A DNA stretch of 13,669 bases from Octopus sinensis (taxonomy: Eukaryota), in assembly GCF_006345805.1 (NCBI RefSeq), contig NW_021826070.1:1-13669 (forward strand). Direction: 5' to 3'. Position 1 is the first letter of the stretch. Every line of letters begins with the position of its first letter. The position numbers were made by a program, and so were the translations under genes. Below are positions 1 to 9,084 of this stretch, one piece after another. A model generated the notes under the pieces. That model was not told where the DNA came from, searched no databases, and saw nothing but the letters and a program-made list of their open reading frames with translations.

Positions 1-138
1 ACATAAAGATAGGTTTCGATCCGGAGATAACATTTCGCCACTATTTCTAATTGCTTGATCGAGGTCTTAAATTTTCTTTCGCTGGCTCAACTAGCTCTAA
101 GTTTCTGCATATCATTACTGGTAAATATCATTAGTCAG

Positions 139-829
139 CAGTGGTTTTCAACCATTTTTTGTCAATGAAACCCTTTGATTCCTATTTTACTCGTGGGTGG
201 GGGTGACCCTCATAGTCACTCGATGTCGAAAATCTCCTTTCATCTTTATGATAAAACATTAGGAACTCTTTTACTCTTTTATTCTTTTACTTGTTTCAGT
301 CATTTGAATGCGGCCATGCTGGAGCACCGCCTTTAGTCGAGCAAATCGACCCCAGGACTTATTCTTTGTAAGTCTAGTACTTATTCTATCGGTCTCCTTT
401 GCCGAACCGATAAGTTACGGGGACGTAAACACACCAGCATCGGTTGTCAAGCGATGTTAGGGGAACAAACACAGACACACAAACATATACACACCCATAC
501 ATACATGTATCATATATATATATATATATATATATATACGACGGGGTTCTTTCAGTTTCCGTCCACCAAATCCACTCACAAGACTTTGGTCGACCCGAGG
601 CTATAGTAGAAAAGCAATTAATTCGTAAGATACCACACAGTGGGACTGAACCCGGGAACCTAAGCAAGCTACTTACCACACAGCAACTTCTACGCCTGTA
701 TACAAAACTGTTGAAATATTTTGTGCATTGTAGAAAGATAACCACTTTAATGCACATAAATTTCAACAAGAAAAATCTTCTATGGACCCCGCCCACCTGG
801 ACTATAATGACCCCGGTTGAAAATCATAG
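139..829. mobile_element. Non-autonomous hAT/Charlie-like DNA transposon (MITE), interrupted by a SINE
   Basis: Imperfect 15-bp TIRs: cagtggttttcaacc (139-153) and ggttgaaaatcatag (815-829), 12/15 match. CAGTGGTTYTCAA ends are typical of hAT-Charlie elements. The flanking 8-mers ttagtcag and ctatacag match 5/8, a possible decayed TSD. Confidence 0.6.
265..697 (-). mobile_element. SINE family A, copy 1
   Basis: Reverse complement of the element at 8633-9083: (agtaaaag)n-type tail at 265-290, central (TA)n, and tRNA-like head at about 640-697 with a ~10-nt deletion. Confidence 0.9.
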
Positions 830-1287
830 CTATACAGTTCTGACTGAGAAAGACTTCACTCATTTTTTTTTTTTATGACACGGTAACCCTATATAAACAA
901 TCTTTCCATCCACACTGTATGCTCACATATGGGCATATTTGCGATTCGAGAAAGGATAATCTAATATGTATTAAATTTTATTTCAGTCTGGTTAGTACAT
1001 TAGCATGGTATTTTGGTTTGGAAGTATGAATAATGCAGAAATCATATTAATAAATAATATTGATTTCTCACACGTTTATATTGGTTTTTAAAATAGATAT
1101 TAAAAATAATATCAATTTTCACTTAGCAATATTTTCACATTCTTGTCTAGACTAAGAAGTGAATTTTCTAAAACGACAAAAACTGAAAAAAAGAAAAGAA
1201 TTTAAAATTGAAAATCGAATTGGCATCAAAACTAAAATATGAAAAGCATGGGAAGAAGAGAAAATATCAGATTTGTTTTATGGATTC

Positions 1288-1482
1288 ATATACGATTTAA
1301 TTGCTTTTCCAATTTTATTCCAACGTTTTAGTCTGGACCAACAGTTAAGCCTCGGAGTTTGAAATTTCAACTTCGTAAAAAATGAAATATACGATTTAAT
1401 GGCTTTTCCAATTTTACTCCGAGATTTTAGTCTGGACCAACAGTGAAACCTCGGAGGTTGAAATTTCAAAAAAGTGAAATAT
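1288..1482. repeat. Two-copy tandem duplication, 99-bp period
   Basis: atatacgatttaat...ttttagtctggaccaacagt...cctcggag.ttgaaatttcaa begins at 1288 and again at 1387, with scattered substitutions. Confidence 0.9.
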
Positions 1483-1564
1483 ATTTTTTGTAAAATAAAG
1501 CTAGAGAAAAAAGAAACTTAGAAAGCTAACATTCGGACTGAAATAAAAAATTACGTTAAAATAA

Positions 1565-2172
1565 TTCTTTCAAATTTTTGGCACAAGGCAATACTGAGGG
1601 AATGTAGAAATCAATTGCATCGATCCCATTGCTCAAATGGTACTTATTTTATTGACTCCGAATGGATAAAAGCCATCTGAACTCAAAATAAAGCCAAATG
1701 AAATGTTGCTAAGTATTTTGTCCGATGTGGTAACAATTCTTATTTCTTTATTGCCCACAAGGGGCTAAACATAGAGGGGACAAATAAGGACAGACAAACG
1801 GATTAAGTCGATTATCTCGACCCCAGTGCTTAACTGGTACTTAATTTATTGACCCCGAAAGGATGAAAGGCAAAGTCGACCTCGGCGGAATTTGAACTCA
1901 GAATGTAATGGCAGACGAAATACCTATTTCTTTACTACCCACAACGGGCTAAACACAGAGAGGACAATTAAGGACAGACAAGCGGATTAAGTCGATTATA
2001 TCGACTCCGGTGCGTAACTGGTACTCATTTTAATCGATGCCGAAAGGATGAAAGGCAAAGTCGACCTCGGCGGAATTTGAACTCAGAACGTAACCGCACA
2101 CGAAATACCGGTAAGCATTTCGCCCGGCGTGCTAACGTTTCTGCTAGCTCGCCGCTGTCAGTTCACCGCCTT
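1565..2172 (-). mobile_element. Old SINE family B copy, split by a younger family B insertion (pieces about 1565-1740 and 2156-2172)
   Basis: Contains the tail ggcacaaggc and degenerate ggtacttattttattgactccgaatggataaaag. Joining ...taacaattct (1740) to gtcagttcaccgcctt (2157-2172) rebuilds the family head end (cf. gctaacgtttctgctagctcgccgc at 2131-2155). Confidence 0.7.
1738..2155 (-). mobile_element. SINE family B (Nin-domain-like), dimeric form
   Basis: Minus strand has a tRNA-like head gcggcgagctagcagaaacgttagc, B box gagttcaaattcc, and gcctttcatcctttcggggtcaataaattaagtacc, which resembles the Nin domain as I recall it. The body is duplicated with a 184-bp period (1741-1924, 1925-2109). 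Confidence 0.85.
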
Positions 2173-2182
2173 TATTGCTAAT

Positions 2183-2341
2183 TTTCTAATTCCTAATTTT
2201 TGCATAAAACCAGCAATTTTGGGGTAGGTGGAGGAAGCTGATTACAATCGGCCCCAGCACTTAACCGGTACTTTGACTGGTTCAAAACGGTTACAAAGCA
2301 TTATTGTCTGACATTCTAACGATTGTATGAACTCGCCGCCC
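2183..2341 (-). mobile_element. Degenerate, internally deleted SINE family B copy
   Basis: ccagcaattttgggg..., atcggccccagcacttaaccggtact and ctaacgattgtatgaactcgccgcc match the tail, body and head of family B. Confidence 0.6.
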
Positions 2342-2374
2342 TAACTGTAATATTTCTTTCTAATTTTGATACAT

Positions 2375-2538
2375 GGCGTTAGGAGTGGCTGTGTGGTAAG
2401 TAGCATGCTTACGAACCACATGGTTCCGGGTTCAACCCCACTGCGTGGCACCTTGGGTAAGTGTCTTCTACTATAGTCTCGGACCGACAAAAGCCTTGTC
2501 AGTGGGTTTGGTAGAGGGAAACTGAAAAAAGACCGTCG

Positions 2539-2572
<34 letters not shown>

Positions 2573-2578
2573 TGTATG

Positions 2579-2623
<45 letters not shown>

Positions 2624-2892
2624 GCATTATGTATGTATGTATGTATGTGTGTGTATATGTTTGTGTGTCTGTGTTTATCGCTTGACAACCGATGTTGGTG
2701 TGTTTATGTTCCCGTAAATTAGCGGTCCGGCAAAAGAGACGATAGAATAAGTACTAAGCTTACAAAGAATAAGTCCTGGGGTCGATTTGCTCGACTAAAG
2801 GCGGTGCTCCAGCTGGGATCGATTTGTTCGACGAAACTACTCAAAGCGGTACCCAAACATGGCTGCACACCAATGCTTGAAACAAGTAAAAG
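2375..2892 (+). mobile_element. SINE family A, copy 2 (duplicated or chimeric 3' end)
   Basis: A box tggctgtgtgg, B box ggttcaaccc, then ccttgggtaagtgtctt, an internal (TATG)n/(TA)n tract, and a 3' body ending gaaacaagtaaaag. Confidence 0.9.
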
Positions 2893-3020
2893 GTGTCTAG
2901 CAGCGCTAGAAGTAAAGCGTTTAATTAACAATTTATTACAATATCCTCTCTGTATCATTCGCTACATCTTATGGTTTATTTTATAACTATTTTACCGTAC
3001 CTTACGTGTTATCTAACTAG

Positions 3021-3405
3021 TGGAGGCGCAATGGCCCAGTGGTTAGGGCAGCGGACTCGCGGTCATAGGATCGCGGTTTCGATTCCCAGACCGGGCGTTG
3101 TGAGTGTTTATTGAGCGAAAACACCTAATAGCTCCACGAGGCTCCGGCAGGGGATGGTGGTGATCCCTGCTGTATTCTTTCACCACAACTTTCTCTCACT
3201 CTTACTTCCTGTTTCTGTTGTACCTGTATTTCAAAGGGCCGGCCTTGTCACTCTCTGTGTCACGCTGAATATCCCCGAGAACTACGTTAAGGGTACACGT
3301 GTCTGTGGAGTGCTCAGCCACTTACACGTTAATTTCACGAGCAGGCTGTTCCGTTGATTCGGATCAACCGGAACCCTCATCGTCGTAACCGACGGAGTGC
3401 TTCCA
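3021..3405 (+). mobile_element. SINE family C, copy 1 (tRNA-derived, possibly tRNA-Arg-related), full length
   Basis: A box tggcccagtgg, B box gtttcgattccc. 13-bp TSD gttatctaactag (3008-3020) / gttatctaactgg (3406-3418). A second copy lies at 9268-9650. Confidence 0.93.
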
Positions 3406-3444
3406 GTTATCTAACTGGAAAAAAATACTGTAATTCAAGTAATC

Positions 3445-3499
3445 TGAATGGCAGCTGGATGCATAAAACATGGCCGCCTTAGGCATCTAGCTGCATTCA
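3445..3499. repeat. Imperfect inverted repeat (22/21-nt arms, 12-nt loop)
   Basis: tgaatggcagctggatgcataa (3445-3466) pairs with ttaggcatctagctgcattca (3479-3499), with one bulge, one G-T and one mismatch. Confidence 0.8.
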
Positions 3500-4520
3500 A
3501 ATCATTAGTCATTATTATAAACATTACTTATTGTTGACTTATTACCCTTCTCTATCTTAGCATTTAAATAATCTATTTTTAATCACCAAAATCACTTCTG
3601 CTTCTTTCTAAATAACCAAAATAAAATTTACAAAGTAAATGTTATATATATATAAAAAAATGTAATTAAGAATATTCACTTAATTGCTTAGCTAAAGCTA
3701 TTTGTTTCTGCATAAGCTTTGAAGAAAAATATATTCATACGATAAGTATATCAGCCAATAAAGGGCTACAGTTACCACCCATGGGGATGCCTCTAAGTGC
3801 TTAAATGCGTGATATATAGTGTATATATATACAGTGTATGTGGATGTGTATTCAAAAAGAGCCATCATTAATAAAACCAATAAACATATTCACCGGTTGT
3901 TTGTCTTAGACTATCTTACACTCAAGCATTTGATGTTTATTTATATATCGCTGGGTATACAATTTCTCTTTTAAATACTAGGTTGATAACTAAAAGAAAA
4001 AAAATAGAGGCAAGTATTTCAAAAGGAAAAGATGTACCCCTTGAGAAAGCTACAAATTGGTGTAGCGAATAATACTGTAGGAGACAAAACAAATATCAAA
4101 TACACACGTGTATGTACGCGGGTGCGCAGTGTGTGTGTGAGCGTTTATGTATATGTACATATGCTTGTTTATAAGTATGTTTGTATTTTCACCTCTATAT
4201 ATGTATGTGTGTCTTGCCCTAGACAACTTTGGATAGTGAACATTAAGCTTTCAGATATAAAACAGTTCGTAAAATCATCAATTACAGCAGATTTTTGGAT
4301 GTTAGCAGTTAAAAGTTCGTTGAAAGCATTTATATAAGCTGTTAAAATGCTAATGTCCGTTTAGACCAGAACTAGGACTTGCAACCTGAACACAATAAAT
4401 CCAGGACAGATGACATCTTATGAGTGTTATCATGCAGTAAAGACTTGTAGCTGTACTGATTAATAGTTCATTGCAAACGAAGAATTACCCAAGATAAACA
4501 AAATTTGTATGTCTTCCATA

Positions 4521-4737
4521 TTCTTTCACTCTTTTACTCTTTCACTTGTTTCAGTTATTTGACTGCGGCCATACAGGAGCACCGCCTTTATTCGAGCAAA
4601 TCGACCCAGGACTTATTCTTTGTAAGACTAGTACTTATTCTATTGCCGAACCGCTAGATTACGGGGACGTAAACACACCAGCATCGGTTGTCAAGCGATG
4701 TTGGGGTAACAAACAACAGACACACAAACATTTACAC

Positions 4738-4789
<52 letters not shown>

Positions 4790-5013
4790 TCTATAATATA
4801 TTATATATATAATATATAGATATATATATACATACATACTATAAACATACAACGGGCTTCTTTCAGTCTCCGTCCACCAAATCCACTCACAAGGCTTTGG
4901 TCGGCCCGAGGCTATAGTAGAAGACACTTGACCAAGGTGTCACGCAGTGGGATTGAACCCGAAACCATGTGGTTGGTAAGCAAGCTATTTACCACACAGC
5001 CACTCCTACTCCA
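4521..5013 (-). mobile_element. SINE family A, copy 3
   Basis: Same tail, body and head as the other family A copies in reverse orientation, with an expanded (TA)n at about 4750-4830. Confidence 0.9.
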
Positions 5014-5042
5014 ATATAAGGAAAGAAATTATATTCAGGTTA

Positions 5043-5111
5043 CACTGCGGCACACCTAGCACCACCTCGTGGCACACCAGTCTGCTGCGGCACACCGGTT
5101 GCGGAGTACTG
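5043..5111. mobile_element. Probable terminal remnant of a hAT-like DNA transposon
   Basis: Three ggcacacc repeats (5049, 5071, 5089) precede ggttgcggagtactg, which resembles the ggttg....cactg right end of hAT-Charlie elements. No convincing left end was found. Confidence 0.45.
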
Positions 5112-5182
5112 TTCTAAACCACAGCCACACAGGTATTTATGGCTGGTTAGTGATGGAAGAATCACTTAGTAACTTAGTAAAT

Positions 5183-5520
5183 GAAGGCGCATGGCTCAGT
5201 GGTTAGAGCGTCGAGCTTACGATCGTGAGGTTGTGAGCTCGAATCCCGGACCGGGCTGCGTGTTGTGTTCTTGAGCAAGGCACTTTATTTCACGTTGCTC
5301 CAGTTCACTCAACTGTAGAAATGAGTTGCGACGTCACAGGTGCCAAGCTTATCGGCCTTTGTCTTTCCTTTGGATACACTGGTGGCGTGGAGAGGGGAGG
5401 CCGGTATGCATGGCGACTGCTGGTCTTCCATAACAACCTTGCCCGGACTGTGTCTAGGAGGGTAACTTTCTAGGTGCAATCCCATGGTCATTCATGACCG
5501 AAGGGGGTCTTTACCCTTAC
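5183..5520 (+). mobile_element. SINE family D, tRNA-derived CORE-like SINE (possibly octopus OR2-related)
   Basis: A box tggctcagtgg and B box gctcgaatccc, then tgtgttcttgagcaaggcacttt...cagttcactcaactgtagaaatg, which aligns by eye with the CORE consensus tgtgaccttgggcaagtcactt...cagtttcctcatctgtaaaatg. Ends in a short ttaccc tail followed by an A-rich run. Confidence 0.8.
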
Positions 5521-6000
5521 AAAACAAAAACAAAAAAAATTATACTGGTTAATGTAGAAAATGGATTTGGAGGAATTCTTTTTCTTTTTGTTTTGTTTTT
5601 ACGTCAACAATGTATAGCAGTATTTCATCATTCTTACTTCATCATTACATGAAATAATTTTGTCATTCCTTCGTCATTTGTAATGATTCACTCACGTCTT
5701 CAGCAAGTGTGATGGAAGGTCAGGGCGCGAGAGGAGAAAGCGGGTGGCGGCGAGGAGAGAGAGAATGTGTGCATGCGTGCGTGTGCGTGTGAGTTTGTGT
5801 GTGAGTGTATGAGGGAGAGAGAGAGAGAGAGGGGGGAGAGGTGGTGAAAAAATTAGGGAAGAATAAATGATCTAGTGAATTCTTGACTTTGTTCAGATAT
5901 ATCAAAATAACGTACGGAAATATTCCGTTCGTAATTAAAGTCATAAGCTGGTGCAAGACTTAATCTATATTCACAAAAAAAGGTAAAGAAAAAAAGAATA

Positions 6001-6370
<370 letters not shown>

Positions 6371-6422
6371 ACAGAAATAAAACAAAAAAAAACCTTCCTG
6401 AATAGAAATTCTTCATTTCATA

Positions 6423-6483
6423 TAATCTAATGCAATTAATCGAATCACACTAATCAGATAATCCATTAATCCGATTTTAATCT
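6423..6483. promoter_or_regulatory. Candidate homeodomain binding-site cluster
   Basis: Six TAATC cores in 61 bp, including two TAATCC and a perfect TAAT-N3-ATTA palindrome. Function is inferred only. Confidence 0.35.
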
Positions 6484-6604
6484 GTGCGAAGATTCAAGCA
6501 ATCATTTTAACATTCAAAAAGGAATAGCGGGAGGTGGAGGGGGGAGTGATGAGCAAAAGTATAAAGAAAGTAAAAGAGAAGCTGATGGAGAAGTGTGACT
6601 TTTG

Positions 6605-6757
6605 AGGGTGTTGTTGGTATTGTTGGTATTGTTGTTGATGATGATGATGATGAAATTAGGAAAAGGAGGGGGAGGAGGAGAGAAGGAAGGTGTCAGCAAT
6701 TATGGCGATAGAGGTAATGATGACGAGGACGACGACGATGATGATTCGAATGTTGCA

Positions 6758-6798
<41 letters not shown>

Positions 6799-7176
6799 CG
6801 ATGATGAAGACGATGACGAGTATGATAAGTATGACGATGATTAGGACGACGGCAACGCTCATGGTAATGACGATAGTGATGATGACGACGGCGACGACGA
6901 TGACGACGACGACGATGACGACGACGATGATGACGACGACGATGATGATGATGACGATGATGGTGATGATGACGACGACGACGACGATGATGATCATAAC
7001 AAGACTGATGATTATGACGATGACAACAATGGCGATAAGACGACAACGACGACTATGATGACGACGATGATGATGATGATGATGGCGATGATGCTGATGC
7101 TGATGACGACGACGACAATGATGATGATGTCAATGATGACGATGATGATGATGAGGAGGACGACGACGACGACGAC

Positions 7177-7209
<33 letters not shown>

Positions 7210-7425
7210 AATTATGACAATGACGACGATGACTATGAGGGTGATGATGATGGTGGTGGTGGTGGTGATGATGATGATGATGATGGTAATTATGACAATG
7301 ACGATGACGACGATGATTATGAGGGTGATGATGATGATGGTGGTGGTGGTGGTGGTGGTGGTGGTGGTGGTGTGGTGATGGTGATGATGATGATGATGAT
7401 GATGATGATGACGATGATGATAATG
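6605..7425. repeat. Large compound microsatellite (GAT/GAC/GGT/GTT)n
   Basis: Directly visible. Includes a higher-order duplication, with aattatgacaatgacga at 7210 and 7288. Confidence 0.97.
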
Positions 7426-7592
7426 ATTAGCCCAGGTCAACCTGTTCCACTAGTGCTGTTGTAACCGAGTGTTCCCAGTCAGTCTTGATCGGACGAAGCA
7501 ATTAGCAAAAGGCGTTCCAGCTATGACTGCTCTATCTTCTTACCGAGCGTAGTGTATTTCAGGACAAACGTAATGCAATATACAGTTCTATA

Positions 7593-7740
7593 TTTAAGAG
7601 ATGAGGAATTTTTTACATTATTTACATTCGACGGATATTTGTCCTCATCTTGTTTGTTGTTAACACAACATTTCGGCTGATAAACCCTCCAGCCTTCAGC
7701 AGGTGTCTTGGGGGAATATCAGACCTGGGTTCTCATTGCT
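7593..7740 (-). mobile_element. Probable Penelope-like element terminal-repeat fragment
   Basis: Contains a minimal hammerhead-like motif of the kind associated with Penelope-like elements, and resembles a repeat I recall from octopus sequence. Boundaries are approximate. Confidence 0.5.
7662..7707 (-). ncRNA. Degenerate minimal type I hammerhead ribozyme
   Basis: Minus strand reads GACAC CUGCUGA A GGCUG gaggguuuau CAGCC GAAA UG UU GUGUU. Stem I, stem II and GAAA are in place; the core reads CUGCUGA instead of CUGAUGA. Confidence 0.6.
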
Positions 7741-7786
7741 CAGAAAGAAACAAGGAGAGAAAATTAAAAATGTGTAGTGGCTAGCG

Positions 7787-7789
<3 letters not shown>

Positions 7790-7825
<36 letters not shown>

Positions 7826-7860
7826 TGTGTATGTGTGTGTGTGCGTCTGTGTGTGTGTGT
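7790..7860. repeat. (TG)n microsatellite
   Basis: Directly visible. Confidence 0.97.
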
Positions 7861-8083
7861 AAAAGGTAGAAAAGTAACACACGAGTTGATATGTATAAGG
7901 AAAATAAGACAAGGTAGAAAATGCTAGAATAATTTTATCACGAAATACATTTTAGTACCGGTTTCCGCCTTTTTAGACTTTTATAAATAAAAAAACAATC
8001 AAATTGAAGAAAAAATATTAGGTGAAATGTTTTGTAGATATTTTCATAGTCTTTGAATAGGTGAATATTTCCATAGTTTTCAG

Positions 8084-8091
<8 letters not shown>

Positions 8092-8140
<49 letters not shown>

Positions 8141-8222
8141 ACTCTCTCCCTCTCTCCCTCCCTTCCTTGGTGAATGCCTGGTAGGTAATACGTAGGTAGG
8201 TAGGTAGGTAGGTAGGTAGGTA
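8092..8222. repeat. (CT)n followed by (TAGG)n microsatellites
   Basis: (CT)n at about 8092-8160 and (TAGG)n at about 8192-8222. Confidence 0.95.
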
Positions 8223-8317
8223 GTAGTAAATTTTAAAGAATAGTTTGGGTACAGAGAATTAAACCATCAATTCTTTATACCCAAACTATTCCTTCGAATT
8301 TACTACTACCTACCTAC
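8212..8317. repeat. Long palindrome with 49-bp arms and an 8-nt loop
   Basis: 8212-8260 versus the reverse complement of 8269-8317 matches 44/49; the loop is aaaccatc. Confidence 0.93.
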
Positions 8318-8422
8318 AAGACACATAAAATATACAGTTGGGAAAAGGGGTGATTCTCTAAATACATGTAAGAGCACTGTTTTTCTTACAAATGATAGGA
8401 TACTTCAATATACATAGACAGA

Positions 8423-8624
8423 AAGGCAGCGAGCTGGTAGAAACGTTAGCATGCCGGTGGAAATGCATAGCGTTATTTAGTCTGTCTTTACACTCTGTGT
8501 TAAAATTCCGCCGAGGTTGACTTTACCTCCCATCCTTTCTGGGTCGATAAATTAGTACCAGTTGCGCACTGAGGTCCCCCTTCCCCAAAATTTCGGGCCT
8601 TGTGCCTAGAGTAGAAAAGAAAAG
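8423..8624 (+). mobile_element. SINE family B, monomeric copy
   Basis: Head aggcagcgagctggtagaaacgttagc, then aattccgccgaggttgacttt...catcctttctgggtcgataaattagtaccag and tail ggccttgtgcc...gaaaagaaaag. Flanked by aatatacatag at 8407-8417 and 8625-8635. Confidence 0.85.
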
Positions 8625-8632
8625 AATATACA

Positions 8633-8797
8633 TAGGCGCAGGAGTGGCTGTGTGGTAAGTAGCTTGCTAACCAACCACATGGTTCGGGGTTCAGTCCCAC
8701 TGCGTGGCATCTTGGGCAAGTGTCTTCTGCTATAGCCCCGGGCCGACCATTGCCTTGTGAGTGGATTTGGTAGACGGAAACTGAAGGAAGCCTGTCG

Positions 8798-8870
<73 letters not shown>

Positions 8871-9083
8871 TTGTGTGTGTGTGTGTTTGTCCCCCTAGCA
8901 TTGCTTGACAACCGATGCTGGTGTGTTTACGTCCCCGTCACTTAGCGGTTCGGCAAAAGAGACCGATAGAATAAGTACTGGGCTTACAAAAAAAAAGTCC
9001 CGGGGTCAATTTGCTCGACTAAAGGCGGTGCTCCAGCATGGCCACAGTCAAATGACTGAAACAAATAAAAGAGTAAAAGAGTA
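8633..9083 (+). mobile_element. SINE family A, copy 4, full length
   Basis: A box tggctgtgtgg, B box ggttcagtccc, cttgggcaagtg, internal (TA)n(TG)n, and tail aaaagagtaaaagagt. Confidence 0.93.
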
Positions 9084-9084
9084 A

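Noticed and set aside
386-878. ORFs overlapping SINE family A (also 2341-2688, 4546-4927, 8500-8945, 12501-13146)
   Set aside because: The same peptides recur at each SINE copy and run through dinucleotide repeats (YIYI, HTHT), so they are repeat artefacts.
3154-3357. Near-identical 67-aa ORFs at 3154-3357 and 9315-9518
   Set aside because: Both lie wholly within young SINE C copies; their identity reflects recent retrotransposition.
5183-5255. tRNA-like sequences (also at 3021-3095 and the family A heads)
   Set aside because: Each continues into a SINE body and lacks a proper acceptor stem, so they are SINE heads rather than tRNA genes.
5720-5850. GC- and purine-rich stretch with GA/TG repeats, possibly promoter-like
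   Set aside because: Low-complexity sequence with no supportable transcription start, exon or specific motif.
5910-5932. Small hairpin acgtacggaa-ata-ttccgttcgt
   Set aside because: A 10-bp stem with a mismatch is plausible by chance in 13.7 kb.
7430-7565. Possible additional old repeat fragment
   Set aside because: Only a vague resemblance to remembered repeats; no second copy or diagnostic motif in the window.
7953-7990. Second hammerhead-like remnant on the minus strand (...ggcggaaaccggta)
   Set aside because: GAAAC and a palindromic ACCGGT are present, but there is no recognisable CUGANGA core or good stem I.
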